Source: a virus | Lineage: Duplodnaviria > Caudoviricetes | IMG/VR virus record: IMGVR_UViG_3300027734_000078 | Span: 1 to 59,498 of that record | Length of the DNA: 59,498 nt | Direction: 5' to 3' (one strand) | In this document: piece after piece, positions 47,901 through 57,227 of the stretch | Position numbering within the stretch: position 1 is the stretch's first letter | Layout: each line of letters starts with the position of its first letter | Position numbers and translations under genes: made by a program | Notes under the pieces: model-generated | What the model saw: only the letters and a program-made list of their open reading frames with translations | Told to the model about the DNA's origin: nothing | The model's database searches: none

Positions 47901-49060
47901 CCACCTGTGGATGTCACAGTAGTAATGCCTGTGCCACTTAATACTGAATTAGAACCACTTGTTGCAGCAGCAGCACTTCCTGCTGAAGAACCCGCACCGC
48001 CACCGCCTACTGTGACTACATAAGTAGCGCCTGAATAAAGCGTAGTAGATGAAGTTAATAGTCCACCAGCACCACCCCCTCCTCCTGGGCCGCCGCCAAA
48101 ACCTTGATTACCGCCTCCACCACCAGCTACTACTAAATAACTAGCTGTTACAGGTGTAAGAGGGCTTAATGTGCCTGAAGATGTGAATGTGTGTATTTGG
48201 TTACCACCTGAAGTAGTAAGAGTGCCACCTACGAATTTGGGTGTAGCAGATGTGTAAGATATGATGACTATGCCTGAACCGCCATTACCACCTGTAGTAC
48301 TACTACCATCCCCAGAACCACCACCGCCACCACCTGTGTTAGCTGTTCCATTAACACCTTTTACACTTGGGTTTCCTCCAGCACCACCACCTCCATTACC
48401 TCCAGCCGCACCATTGGTTGTCCATCCAGCTCCGCCTCCACCGCCAGCATAAAATACTGATGAACCTGTAATTGAATTAGATAACCCTACGCCACCAATT
48501 CCGCCTGTAGCACCTCCAGAACCAGAACCTGTAGCATTTGCTCCAACAGCACCAGCACCGCCACCGCCACCACCAGCACCTGCTGTTCCGTTAGTAACCA
48601 TTGAACCACCAGCAAATCCTGCACCATTTCCTGAACCACCAGCTTGACCACTAGATGTTGTTCCACCACCAGCACCGCCACCATTACCATTAGTAGCTAA
48701 ACCATTTCTTCCCACACAAGATGATGAATTAAAACCAGCTCCACCACCACCACCACCACCAGATGAAATAGTAGATAATCCTGTTCCTGAAATAGAAGAT
48801 GTAGAACCATCAAAGCCAACAGCACCTTGAATACCTGAAGCTACACCACCTGCTCCAATAGTAACTGTGTAAGTATTAAGGGTTGATAATGTAAATGTAG
48901 AAGTTTGATAACCACCTGCCCCACCACCGCCTCCATGTGATGCACTACCTGAACCACCACCAGCTACAACAAGATAGGATGCAGATACAGCGTTAGGATT
49001 GGATGATAATGCACCATAAGCTCTGGCTGCTGATACGGCTAGTCTTGATAATAATGACAT
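44960..49060 (-). CDS. tail fiber / receptor-binding protein (two glycine-rich domains, ConA/LamG-like and SPRY-like domains)
   Basis: Two YLVVAGGG...GGSG.VIISY units, then SLRF..., FRDPSAWYHVV, YGTNGFYL, GKYY.E, NFGQRPF.YTPPTGF and PDLVWVK.R. Confidence 0.85.
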   Translation of the reverse strand: MSLLSRLAVSAARAYGALSSNPNAVSASYLVVAGGGSGSASHGGGGGAGGYQTSTFTLSTLNTYTVTIGAGGVASGIQGAVGFDGSTSSISGTGLSTISSGGGGGGGAGFNSSSCVGRNGLATNGNGGGAGGGTTSSGQAGGSGNGAGFAGGSMVTNGTAGAGGGGGGAGAVGANATGSGSGGATGGIGGVGLSNSITGSSVFYAGGGGGAGWTTNGAAGGNGGGGAGGNPSVKGVNGTANTGGGGGGSGDGSSTTGGNGGSGIVIISYTSATPKFVGGTLTTSGGNQIHTFTSSGTLSPLTPVTASYLVVAGGGGGNQGFGGGPGGGGGAGGLLTSSTTLYSGATYVVTVGGGGAGSSAGSAAAATSGSNSVLSGTGITTVTSTGGGGAGTTTGQNGGSGAGANSNGGTGGTGTSGQGNNGGTGNGVPNYAAGGGGGASAVGANASTINGGNGGAGSASSITGSSVTYAGGGGAGAYTGTAGSGGAGGGGNGAAGTTGALSGGSGTANLGGGGGGIGGAGGAGSGTGGSGGSGVVIISYAGSQVFNGGLVTSSGGNTIHTFLASGALTPLTNNLNNSLRFRASASAYLNRTPASTPTSWTLSLWVKRGTLGSQQALVYSRQAGTISTGLFFNASDQLEFNFTTVSVVTSAVFRDPSAWYHVVTNYNGTTYNIYVNGNQQTTTGSSTGANTFMNSSASVVNAIGKYGDYAGYYLDGYLADVNFIDGQVLAPYYFGNNDSYGNWKPIKYTGMYGTNGFYLTFADTSALTTSSNAGLGKDTSGNGNYWTTNNISITTGTTYDAMTDVPTNTSATVANYAVLNPLALNTSQTSLTEGNLYAIPTSGASNWGTAFSTIAIPTSGKYYIEATATVYAGSGNNSSLGVVDSATFIPTNSAILYQYTTGEGFDGILCHLFSDYVAPIDDGVQGTNVTGITGTSVNLMLALDVDNGKVYAGYNGTWLNSGNPAGGTGQVATRTFSSTDVVAGNTSYNGTNDQAQYYNFGQRPFSYTPPTGFVALNTYNLPTPTILQGNKYMDATLWTGVGPASQVIVNQALFKPDLVWVKNRSSTRKHNLYDSVRGTSKRLVSNDTAAEDTVAGVTAFNSNGMTLGDEGDVNANALTFVGWQWQAGQGSTSSNTSGSITSTVSVNTTAGFSIVSYTGNGTSGATVGHGLGVAPTFVIVKERGSGGSGAWATKFPGATATQYLALNETSAAVTTNSYFTANPSSTLIYLGSSSTNVSGEGMIAYCWTPIAGFSSFGSYTGNGSADGVFVYTGFLPKYIMIKSSSIAGEWAIYDIPRDLYNPMGLGGGRLQANTANAETGADSAQYIDFLSNGFKIRNTSGFDNQSSATYIFAAFASNPFKNSNAF

Positions 49061-49070
49061 TTATTAACCT

Positions 49071-50246
49071 TTATGCAAATCGTGTTTGGGCTGCAAATAC
49101 TGTGAATGCTGCTGATCCTGTTTTAACAATGGTATATGAGTAAGCATCTATACCTGAAGCATTACCACTTGTCCATGCTGTGCCACCTTGATATTTAGGC
49201 GTGACAGATACGCTATCAATTGTAAGAGCATTATTGTAGTAAGCTGTAGCACCTTGTGATACTAAAAATACAACCGTAAGTGAATCATTAGTAGACATTA
49301 AAGTATTTAAAGATGTTGTTGCATTACCTCTAATATTGACTGTCCAGTTAGCACTTGCTGATGTTGTGTAATAAAGAACTGATTGAGTGGTTACATCATA
49401 ATTGATTGTACCTGTAGCTGCTGTTGCAGAAATCGTTGATGTTTCAGTAGCATTAATAAATGCGGAAGCTAAAGAAGCTGTTGCACCTGTAAAAGTTTGT
49501 TTTGCAGTAAATGATTGAGCTATGCCTAACCCTGCAACCGTAGCACTTGACGCTGGGAATGTCATTGTTGTTGAATCAGTACCTGCTAAAGTAAGTGAGT
49601 TACTTGCTGTTAATGTTTTACCATCTGCGATAGTAAGTGTCGATGCTGTAGCTGGGGCGGTTAAAGCAACTTTATTAATTGATGTAGCTGTTGCAACGCC
49701 CAATACTGGGGTTACTAAAGTAGGTGTATTTGATAAAACAACTGCTACCGTTCCTGTAGATGATGTAACACCCGTACCACCTGAAGCTACTGGAAGGGCT
49801 GATCCTAATGTTAAAGAGCTAAAATAAGTAGCTGCATCAACCACATTAGTACCATTGTTATAAACTAAAGTTGCTTTACCTGCTGGAACTGAAATGCCTG
49901 TACCTGTTGTATTTTTAACTGTTTTAGCGCCAGTACCTGTATTATTAATAAGATAGAATTTTTCAATCTGGCATCCTGAACCTAGAATTAAGTTACCTAC
50001 ATAGCCTATGCCTGTAGAAGATTCAGTAATATTTAAACGAAGGTTTCTAGCAGCTTGAGTAGTATTAACATCAGTAAGAGTTACAGTAACATCAGCAGCT
50101 GTAGCAAAGTTTACATCAGCAGATCCTGTAATAGCTTCACCCAGTGCGGCGTCGCCCAAATTAGTATTAGTTGTAGTGCCCCAAGTTCCCGACTGTTCGC
50201 CAGTTCCTATGAGTTCTATTTTCAGTGCTGAATAGGTGCTTGCCAT
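49071..50246 (-). CDS. tail protein
   Basis: MASTYS.LKIEL..TGEQSGTWG.TTNTN N-terminus, LPVASGGTG, T/A/S-rich. Confidence 0.75.
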   Translation of the reverse strand: MASTYSALKIELIGTGEQSGTWGTTTNTNLGDAALGEAITGSADVNFATAADVTVTLTDVNTTQAARNLRLNITESSTGIGYVGNLILGSGCQIEKFYLINNTGTGAKTVKNTTGTGISVPAGKATLVYNNGTNVVDAATYFSSLTLGSALPVASGGTGVTSSTGTVAVVLSNTPTLVTPVLGVATATSINKVALTAPATASTLTIADGKTLTASNSLTLAGTDSTTMTFPASSATVAGLGIAQSFTAKQTFTGATASLASAFINATETSTISATAATGTINYDVTTQSVLYYTTSASANWTVNIRGNATTSLNTLMSTNDSLTVVFLVSQGATAYYNNALTIDSVSVTPKYQGGTAWTSGNASGIDAYSYTIVKTGSAAFTVFAAQTRFA

Positions 50247-50292
50247 AATAAATTCCTTTTAGTTTGCTATATTTTACTACAAATTGTTCTTT

Positions 50293-51075
50293 TTATGCTG
50301 CTATTTGCACCCATCCAGGTGTTTGTGCTGTATTTATTACATTCCAATTTGGGTTACTTAATGTAGATGTTCCACCTACTAAGGTAAGCACTGCTGCTGC
50401 TGGAGCTATTACCCTACCTGTAAGTACTGAAGGCGCTACGCCTGTTAAAGTAAGTGTTGCTACGTCAGGGGTTATAACTACACCCGTAAGGGCTTTTGGT
50501 GCGTCACTAGCTATTGTTAAGGTACTTACTGCTGGTGTTATTACAATACTTTGTACTACATCAGGTGCTGCTCCTACAAGACTTAAACTTCCTGTATCAG
50601 GTGTTTTAAATATGTTATTTTGTAGAGCTATTTCAGGTGCTACACCAACTAATGTTAATGTCCCTACGGCAGGGGTTATAATACTACCTGTAAGAGCTGT
50701 AGGTGCTACACCAACTAATGTTAATGTCCCTACGGCAGGGGTTATAATTTTACCTTGTACAACTGAAGGTGCTATGCCCGTAAGTGTTACTGTGCCTACA
50801 GCGGGTGTTACTACATTTCCTGTGACTACAATACTTGGTGCAGATCCTATAATTACAGATTGACCCGTAGGAGTTACTACTTGTCCTGTAACTACACTTG
50901 GAGCACTACCTACTAATGTTAATGTTCCTACAGCAGGAGTTCTAATTACACCTTGTACAACTGAAGGTGCTATGCCCGTAAGCGTAACTGTCCCTACGTC
51001 TGCCTCGATGACAATTCCTTGCCCCCATTCAGCAGAACTCCAGGTACCGCGTCCCCAGCCAGTTGTTACTGCCAC
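50293..51075 (-). CDS. structural protein with ~22-aa tandem repeats
   Basis: About ten TP.VGTLTL.G.AP units. Exact DNA repeats near 50635/50701 and 50752/50950. Confidence 0.8.
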   Translation of the reverse strand: MAVTTGWGRGTWSSAEWGQGIVIEADVGTVTLTGIAPSVVQGVIRTPAVGTLTLVGSAPSVVTGQVVTPTGQSVIIGSAPSIVVTGNVVTPAVGTVTLTGIAPSVVQGKIITPAVGTLTLVGVAPTALTGSIITPAVGTLTLVGVAPEIALQNNIFKTPDTGSLSLVGAAPDVVQSIVITPAVSTLTIASDAPKALTGVVITPDVATLTLTGVAPSVLTGRVIAPAAAVLTLVGGTSTLSNPNWNVINTAQTPGWVQIAA

Positions 51076-51085
51076 GACTAAACTC

Positions 51086-51544
51086 TTAAGTTAGAGTAAA
51101 GATGCCGGTAGCAGCAGGTAAAACTGTCAATGTATTAGGTGATGTTACAGTAAATTGAGCACTAGATAATTGGCAAAAACATAATAACTTACCAGCGCCA
51201 GCGCCAGTTGAATTACGTAGAATCGCGTATCTAATGTTAGTTAATGAAGCACCAGAAGCTGTAAATGCTAAACCTACTGTAGACATTGTAAACTTCATTT
51301 GTTTTGCTGAAGCACCTACTGTCCATTGAGCCGTTGCTGGTACTAAATTTCTACCGCCTGCTACATATCCACCAGTAGCTGAAATCTCAGCAGTAATCTG
51401 AGCATAGGTACTAAGTGTAAAAGTTGAAGCATTACTTGAAGTTCGCGCTAAAACCATTTTAATTACTCCAGCGCCTAGTGTAATGGTTCCGTTACCTATA
51501 TATCGTTTAGCATAATTATATAATTGCCATGCAGTTGCAGCCAT
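51086..51544 (-). CDS. structural protein, paralog of 52971-53426
   Basis: IKMVL...EI...GGYVAGG..L, F.....A..YN-like pattern, GIFTLT C-terminus. Confidence 0.7.
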   Translation of the reverse strand: MAATAWQLYNYAKRYIGNGTITLGAGVIKMVLARTSSNASTFTLSTYAQITAEISATGGYVAGGRNLVPATAQWTVGASAKQMKFTMSTVGLAFTASGASLTNIRYAILRNSTGAGAGKLLCFCQLSSAQFTVTSPNTLTVLPAATGIFTLT

Positions 51545-51545
51545 T

Positions 51546-52970
51546 TTAAATCTCCTTTATGTCGGCGTATGATGCGCCAGTTTCTAAAATATGACGGAGT
51601 AACCCGCCGTAAATGTTTAATTCAATTTCATCCCCTAGCATACGAATCAAATCAATAAATTCTTGTGCTTGAGAAATCATCCACGGGTTACAGTTAAATA
51701 TTTTTCCGCCCACGTTTACGGGTATGTTTAACTGTCCATCATTTTCTATTTGTTCATATGCATGGTGAACTTCATCTTCTAAACAGGAATCGCATCCAAA
51801 GAGATGAAACTGTTTAAAACCTAACATCCTAAACAACGGTATTGCTCTTAAAAGGACTGTCGATCCTCCTGGAACAGGATACCAAGTTCGGTATTGTTTA
51901 GCTAATATGTCATTAAGTAACTCAGTACTTGTGTGCCATATATAGGTTCTATCTTTTGGAAGCCCATCAAACGTAGTAGGATCACATTGAGAAGCAATAA
52001 AATACTTACAATGATCTACCACAGGTTGTGTAAATCGTGCATTAAATGGTCTTGCATCTACCATAACCATAGCAGAAGGCGTAATACCATTATCTAGGCA
52101 CCATTTATAAGCCCCATTAATTGTAATCAGTTTAACACCATCAGCCCGTTTTTGTCTAATAGTTTCTAGGTGTTCATTCAATGACGGTCCACCGCCTACA
52201 ATCATAACTTCTTGGTCATTCGTAGGGTGGGGTTCTATTTGTAAAAAACCTCGTTTAATGTTGTGCTCTACGTTTGCTTTGATAATTTCATCGTCTGTAT
52301 TAAGCACTCCAGCATCAACAATATCAGAACCTTTTAACCAATTACTTACATAAAATAAACAATAACCTTTTTCTTCTTTAGACCAATGAATAACACAATC
52401 TCGGTCTATAAACTTTTTTAACCACCATTCATATGGATGTACACTTAAATGAAGCTTATGCCCCACCAATTTACCCATAACATCATCTTCAGTAGCAATT
52501 TGAAAGAATACATGCTGACAAGCAGCCAAACAATTATCTAATACTTTATCTACATGATGAGGTCTTATATGCTCCATCACATCAGTACAAAACCCATAAG
52601 CTGCTTTAACAGGTAAGGGTTGAGATAAGTCCGCCTCTACAAATCGCATAGCATGCTTCTGTGTTTCTAGCATTGGTCGAATATCTTCGTCTAAACAATT
52701 ATCTGCGAAGTCAACCATCGTGACATCTAAGCCACCAAAAAAAGCTAAATTAAGAGCACCTCGTCCAGTGCCACAACCCAAATCTAATACTGATGCGCCT
52801 TTAGGTGGTCTAGCTTGTTTTAAAAATTCGTGTGCGATGTGTTCACCAGGAGCTACAACTCTATACTCCGGTCTATCCCACATCATTTTATATAAATCTT
52901 TTTCTAGGGGTCTTACATTATTAATATTTACTTGTGGTGCTTCTGAAAATACTGATGAATCTAATGTCAT
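51546..52970 (-). CDS. SAM-dependent methyltransferase fused to a DUF115/MptE-like domain
   Basis: VLDLGCGTG and CTDVMEHI. Second half has IVGGGPSL, ITINGA, GGSTV and LGF...HLFG.DS. Confidence 0.8.
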   Translation of the reverse strand: MTLDSSVFSEAPQVNINNVRPLEKDLYKMMWDRPEYRVVAPGEHIAHEFLKQARPPKGASVLDLGCGTGRGALNLAFFGGLDVTMVDFADNCLDEDIRPMLETQKHAMRFVEADLSQPLPVKAAYGFCTDVMEHIRPHHVDKVLDNCLAACQHVFFQIATEDDVMGKLVGHKLHLSVHPYEWWLKKFIDRDCVIHWSKEEKGYCLFYVSNWLKGSDIVDAGVLNTDDEIIKANVEHNIKRGFLQIEPHPTNDQEVMIVGGGPSLNEHLETIRQKRADGVKLITINGAYKWCLDNGITPSAMVMVDARPFNARFTQPVVDHCKYFIASQCDPTTFDGLPKDRTYIWHTSTELLNDILAKQYRTWYPVPGGSTVLLRAIPLFRMLGFKQFHLFGCDSCLEDEVHHAYEQIENDGQLNIPVNVGGKIFNCNPWMISQAQEFIDLIRMLGDEIELNIYGGLLRHILETGASYADIKEI

Positions 52971-53426
52971 TTAAGAAATCCTTATAATTGCAGCATCCAA
53001 TGTAGATGCCGGGAATGTTACTGTAAACGTTTGCGCGGTAGCGGTTTTAGTGCCACCAAAGTTTAATACTGCTACTGCTTTATTACCTTGAGTACTATTA
53101 TATATCAAAGCACCATCTGCTGAAAAGCTTGCACTAGTCCAACTTGAATTAGCAAAGTTTAACCATGCTGTTGTTTCAGTACTTGTTGATGTTGGGACTT
53201 GAGATATAACTAATGTATTACCACCTGCTGTATAGCCTGTACCTGTAACTTCATTCAGTGTTGTATATACTGTTGTGGCAGCGTCAAGCGTAGCTAGAGT
53301 TGAATAAAGAGCTATTTTAAAAGTATCCGCTGCAGTAGACGCACGAATAACGCCCACACCAAAATTATGTATGCCATCTAAAATTTCAACTTTAAAGCTT
53401 GTTGCTAGTGTTTGTGAGATTGCCAA
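52971..53426 (-). CDS. virion structural protein
   Basis: SFK.E...G.HNF...TFKIALY...NEV.GTGYTAGG..L...GALIYN...AIIRI. Confidence 0.75.
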   Translation of the reverse strand: MAISQTLATSFKVEILDGIHNFGVGVIRASTAADTFKIALYSTLATLDAATTVYTTLNEVTGTGYTAGGNTLVISQVPTSTSTETTAWLNFANSSWTSASFSADGALIYNSTQGNKAVAVLNFGGTKTATAQTFTVTFPASTLDAAIIRIS

Positions 53427-53437
53427 TTTAGTTTCCT

Positions 53438-54073
53438 TTATTGTACTGGGTATCTAACTTGACCTGATCGGTATGAGTCCTGTCTATCTTTGCCATCACC
53501 AAGCTGTTTGAGTAATAGCATCGCTTCATCATAACGAGCTTTATAAGTAGCCATCACGTCTGCTTCACCCTTCATGTAAGTATAAGCCTCTAATAAAGAC
53601 CCATAAAGAAGAACAGAACTAAAATTAGTACCTATCCATGAAGTACCTGCTGTTGTAATTGACTCAGGATAATAGAAGTAATGAAGTTCTGCTGAGTAGT
53701 TAGCGTCAGGTGTAGGGCCTACAATAAACGATGAAGCATTAAATACCGCATAGTATTGTGGTTCACCATAAAAAGCTGAGTCAGTATCAGGAAATGATTG
53801 CCTAATAAAGTTCACGTCTTTGTTTAGAAGATATAAGTATTCGTTGTCTGTGTTAATAACAGCTAAGCTAAATGTAGCTAACCAATCTGTAGGCATCGCT
53901 AAATACTTATTACCCGAACTTAATGAACCTGTTACGTTTTTGCGTAGTGCAGGTAGTTGGACTGTGTTGTAAATACGTTGTTCTGCTTGAGTTATAAACG
54001 TGTTTATATCCGTTGTAGTAAACGTATTTTCTGTGTAGTCCTGTATTTGTGCGACAAGTTCAGTGTACGTCAT
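53438..54073 (-). CDS. head-tail adaptor / tail tubular A-like protein
   Basis: MTY.EL...IQDY.EN, FI.QAE.RI, P.YYA, GPTPD and LLYGSL.EAY.YMK. Confidence 0.7.
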   Translation of the reverse strand: MTYTELVAQIQDYTENTFTTTDINTFITQAEQRIYNTVQLPALRKNVTGSLSSGNKYLAMPTDWLATFSLAVINTDNEYLYLLNKDVNFIRQSFPDTDSAFYGEPQYYAVFNASSFIVGPTPDANYSAELHYFYYPESITTAGTSWIGTNFSSVLLYGSLLEAYTYMKGEADVMATYKARYDEAMLLLKQLGDGKDRQDSYRSGQVRYPVQ

Positions 54074-54076
54074 TTA

Positions 54077-54298
54077 TTACGCCATAGGTCCACGAGCTTT
54101 ACGACCTTTAGTAGCTGCGCCATTACCGCGAGTTTCAAGTTCACCATGTCTATTGATTACATCAGAACCAGGATCTCCTGCACTTACACGTTGTCTAGCA
54201 GTACCTTTATTAAGTTCTTGAGCTTTTAACTTATTAGGGTCTTGTGAAAAATAAATGTCTGCGTTAGGTACATTTATCGGTGTTTTATATTCTGCCAT
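54077..54298 (-). CDS. small basic protein
   Basis: Ends RGNGAATKGRKARGPMA. Confidence 0.7.
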   Translation of the reverse strand: MAEYKTPINVPNADIYFSQDPNKLKAQELNKGTARQRVSAGDPGSDVINRHGELETRGNGAATKGRKARGPMA

Positions 54299-54303
54299 GA
54301 TTA

Positions 54304-54492
54304 TTATCCTCTTTTTTGTGCTGCAATTTTAGCTAAGCCACGACCCATTTTTTTCATGTCAGCATTTAATTTGCCAACAGTATGTTTAATTGGACCGTTT
54401 TGAATTCCTACGTTAGGGCCTGTATCGCCTAAATTTTTACCTTTGGTTTTACCTTGTTTAGTAATACCGTCTGCGCCTGATTTATATGCCAT
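54304..54492 (-). CDS. small basic protein
   Basis: ADGITKQGKTKG motif with AAGGAG RBS. Confidence 0.7.
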   Translation of the reverse strand: MAYKSGADGITKQGKTKGKNLGDTGPNVGIQNGPIKHTVGKLNADMKKMGRGLAKIAAQKRG

Positions 54493-54503
54493 TTTACTTC
54501 TCC

Positions 54504-54932
54504 TTAAGATATTGATATTGTTACATCACCTAGTGCACTTGTTCCTACTAAGTCATTCGGTGTTAGTGCCGCATCAAAATAACTAGCACCGCCTACAGGA
54601 TTATAACCCCATTGTATAACTCTACTACCCATTAAAGGGACACCTGTTTGTGAGGTTGATACGCCTGTTGTTTCATCTGTCTGTAAACCATTTAAACCAG
54701 ATTGGTAATAACCTAAATCAGGTCTTGGGTTACGCACTGCTTGCGGGTCATTAACCGGGTACATACCAAGTTGTAACTGTGGCTGATCCGGTTCCCAACA
54801 TTCATGACACACTAGTATATTAACATTTTTTGTCTTAATAACTAAGCGTTTAAGTTCTTTTAACTTATATCTAAACCCACAACGGTCACATTGTGCTATG
54901 GAGTTCTTGGCGCTGGCGTACTTGGTTGGCAT
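54504..54932 (-). CDS. zinc-finger protein of the head-completion module
   Basis: CDRCGF...VCHECW..DQPQL, DPQA...PRPD. Confidence 0.75.
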   Translation of the reverse strand: MPTKYASAKNSIAQCDRCGFRYKLKELKRLVIKTKNVNILVCHECWEPDQPQLQLGMYPVNDPQAVRNPRPDLGYYQSGLNGLQTDETTGVSTSQTGVPLMGSRVIQWGYNPVGGASYFDAALTPNDLVGTSALGDVTISIS

Positions 54933-54935
54933 TAC

Positions 54936-55886
54936 TTAACCTGTGTAAAACTGTTCACGAGGCACAAATCTAATACTTGCTTTTTCTCTGTCTTCATCAG
55001 CTGCTAATTGGAACGCTGCTTCATAGTCGGCTCTTAACATTGCAATTCTATTAGGATCTACATTAGGTAACTTCATCGCTAAATACGCCGCTAACCCTGC
55101 AACCATGCAAGGAATAAATCTAAACGGAATATCTTCTACGGTGATACCATTACCTGCATCTTGAATACGTCTTAATCTATAATACACAAACTGATAGTTG
55201 TTACTTTGATCTGGTGCTGGCCATACATTCACTGTAGGTAAGTTCTGTACATATACTCTAGTAGCGGTTATGTGAGTCGCAGCAGTTGTGTTGTTAACAC
55301 CACGTATACATCCCGTTAATTGGTAGTATGTTGTAGCACCGCTTGTTGTGGTTGTAAGTCCGCCATATTGAATCGTTTCGTTATCTAGTCTAATAAAGCC
55401 AAACTGCGCTAAACCTACAATAGAAGTTAAGTTAATCGTAGTCGCTGTAGAAGTAACGGCGCCATCTGTATATAAATCAGTAGGGTTCTCTTGACCACTC
55501 TGTCTATTAATCCACACTTGGATAGGACGTCCTGTTGCATTCTTATTAGGTATTGTAATATAGGTTGATTCACTGATACGGTTAATATTAATATCTTGTT
55601 GGTTCTGACCTGTACCGGTTCTAGTGACCATGTCAAGTAGGTCTATCGTATCAGTAGGCAAGGCATACATAATCTGACCTTGGTTTAAATTGATTTGACC
55701 AGGTTCAATGGTCCACATATTAATACCGCGGTTAGCCCACTCAATTGTAAGTAGGTTTAGTGAACGACGTGCAGTGCGTAGATCATACCCAGTACGCAAC
55801 TCTTGTCCGCATCGTTCAAACGCATCTTCAACCAGATTGTTTAAATCTAAATTAAAACTCGTGGACCCTGTGGTTCTATCTACCAT
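54936..55886 (-). CDS. head-completion / adaptor-like protein
   Basis: AFERCG....GYDLRTARRSLNL...EWANRG.N.WT, GRP, WP.PD, PFRF.PC..AGLA and A..EDR. Confidence 0.7.
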   Translation of the reverse strand: MVDRTTGSTSFNLDLNNLVEDAFERCGQELRTGYDLRTARRSLNLLTIEWANRGINMWTIEPGQINLNQGQIMYALPTDTIDLLDMVTRTGTGQNQQDININRISESTYITIPNKNATGRPIQVWINRQSGQENPTDLYTDGAVTSTATTINLTSIVGLAQFGFIRLDNETIQYGGLTTTTSGATTYYQLTGCIRGVNNTTAATHITATRVYVQNLPTVNVWPAPDQSNNYQFVYYRLRRIQDAGNGITVEDIPFRFIPCMVAGLAAYLAMKLPNVDPNRIAMLRADYEAAFQLAADEDREKASIRFVPREQFYTG

Positions 55887-55888
55887 GA

Positions 55889-56137
55889 TTATATTTTTCT
55901 AAAAGGTTTTACTTTTTGTTTAATTGATTTAGGCTGAGCTACAAACTGTTTGCCTTTAGCTTTACCTGCTCTTTTTGCTTTTGTTGTTGCTGCATATTCT
56001 TGTGAGCTTAATGCTTTTATTGCTTTTTCAGGTAAGTATCTTTCACCTGTTTCACTGGACTTTTTACCAGACTTAGTTGTCCACTTTTGTTCACCCCATG
56101 CTTTTAGTGAACGTTGTGGTTTAGCTAATGCACTCAT
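55889..56137 (-). CDS. small basic protein
   Basis: Q.SLK.W..QKW.TKSGK.S..TGERYLP..AI. Confidence 0.75.
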   Translation of the reverse strand: MSALAKPQRSLKAWGEQKWTTKSGKKSSETGERYLPEKAIKALSSQEYAATTKAKRAGKAKGKQFVAQPKSIKQKVKPFRKI

Positions 56138-56406
56138 TTATATCCGCCACCTGAAGCTTTATATCGTTTAGCCATGAGTTGAGCTTTACGTGCTGACCAT
56201 TGACCTGCACCTGTACCTTGCACAGCAGCTGCTTTAATACTATTAAATATTCTTTTACGTAGACTAGGTTTTGTGTAGTTACCTGCTTCGTTTACTTTGC
56301 CACCTTCTTTATACTCTGTAAAGTCCGTGCTATCTTTACGAGCTTTCTTTTTACCTTTAGGCATTTTATCAGGCATTATAGCGCCCATACCACGTGAAGG
56401 TCTCAT
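56134..56406 (-). CDS. small basic protein (DUF5872-like)
   Basis: NYTKP.LRK...GQWSARKAQ..A..YK..GGGY. Confidence 0.7.
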   Translation of the reverse strand: MRPSRGMGAIMPDKMPKGKKKARKDSTDFTEYKEGGKVNEAGNYTKPSLRKRIFNSIKAAAVQGTGAGQWSARKAQLMAKRYKASGGGYK

Positions 56407-56675
56407 GCTCTTGTCTTTCCTCTAACTGCACATCCATCTGCACGAGATGAAGCAGTCATGCCACCTTTTTTATATGTAGGATTTAAGTCAGTAGGTTTAT
56501 CTTTTTTAGAAGGACCTAGTTTTAACTGTATTCCTCTAGCTTTATTTTCTTTTTTAGGTAAAGGCTCCATATCATTTTCGGTAGGCATATTTTTTCTAGG
56601 TTTTTCAAATTCTTTATAGTTTTCACCTAGTTGTTTTTTTAGTAACTCGTCACGAACTTTTTCAAATTCATCCAT
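56403..56675 (-). CDS. small basic protein with KKGG/RADGC tail
   Basis: YKKGGMTASSRADGCAVRGKTRA. Confidence 0.7.
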   Translation of the reverse strand: MDEFEKVRDELLKKQLGENYKEFEKPRKNMPTENDMEPLPKKENKARGIQLKLGPSKKDKPTDLNPTYKKGGMTASSRADGCAVRGKTRA

Positions 56676-56677
56676 GA

Positions 56678-57217
56678 TTAACACATCTTTCCGCGAGTTT
56701 TACCACGTTGAGCACATCCATCTGCACGTTTAGATGCAGTTGATCCGCCTGAAGACATCTTTTTAGTTTTGATCATGCCACCTTTTTTCTTATTGTAACC
56801 AGGTGACATTATGTTTTGAGCCATTTCCATTGCTGTAAAATCTCTAGTTGACATAGGCATATCTTTATTAACTTTAGACATATCAGGACCTGAAGCTATA
56901 ACATCAGCAGTTCTATCAACACTACCCATATCACCTGGAGGTGTTTCAATTTTTTCTTTAGCCGTCTTTTTAGGGGCTTTAAACTTAGGTGCTATTTTTT
57001 CATCACTAAAATCTGTGCGTGATGCAATATTAGGTTTGTCATCGGATGATGCGCTTTCTTTTTTTCTAGAAAAAGCTGCGTTAACTGCAGCTCTATGAGC
57101 TTGAATTTCGTCTTTGGTTTTACCAAAAAATCTAGTTTTACCATCACCCTTCATGGCTTCTTTAATTTCATCTATTGTTTTACCACCAAGTCTTAATTTA
57201 CCATCATCTGCTGCCAT
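56678..57217 (-). CDS. basic low-complexity protein with KKGG/RADGC tail
   Basis: AAGGAG RBS before MAADD, ends MSSGGSTASKRADGCAQRGKTRGKMC. Confidence 0.7.
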   Translation of the reverse strand: MAADDGKLRLGGKTIDEIKEAMKGDGKTRFFGKTKDEIQAHRAAVNAAFSRKKESASSDDKPNIASRTDFSDEKIAPKFKAPKKTAKEKIETPPGDMGSVDRTADVIASGPDMSKVNKDMPMSTRDFTAMEMAQNIMSPGYNKKKGGMIKTKKMSSGGSTASKRADGCAQRGKTRGKMC

Positions 57218-57227
57218 AATATTCTCC

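Noticed and set aside
47379-50863. Plus-strand Pro-rich ORFs (47379, 48261, 49522, 50264)
   Set aside because: Antisense shadows of Gly/Thr-rich tail genes. The same applies to most short opposite-strand or nested ORFs in the track.
44960-51075. Diversity-generating retroelement acting on tail genes
   Set aside because: No reverse transcriptase, and the repeats seen are in-frame tandem units without adenine-specific differences
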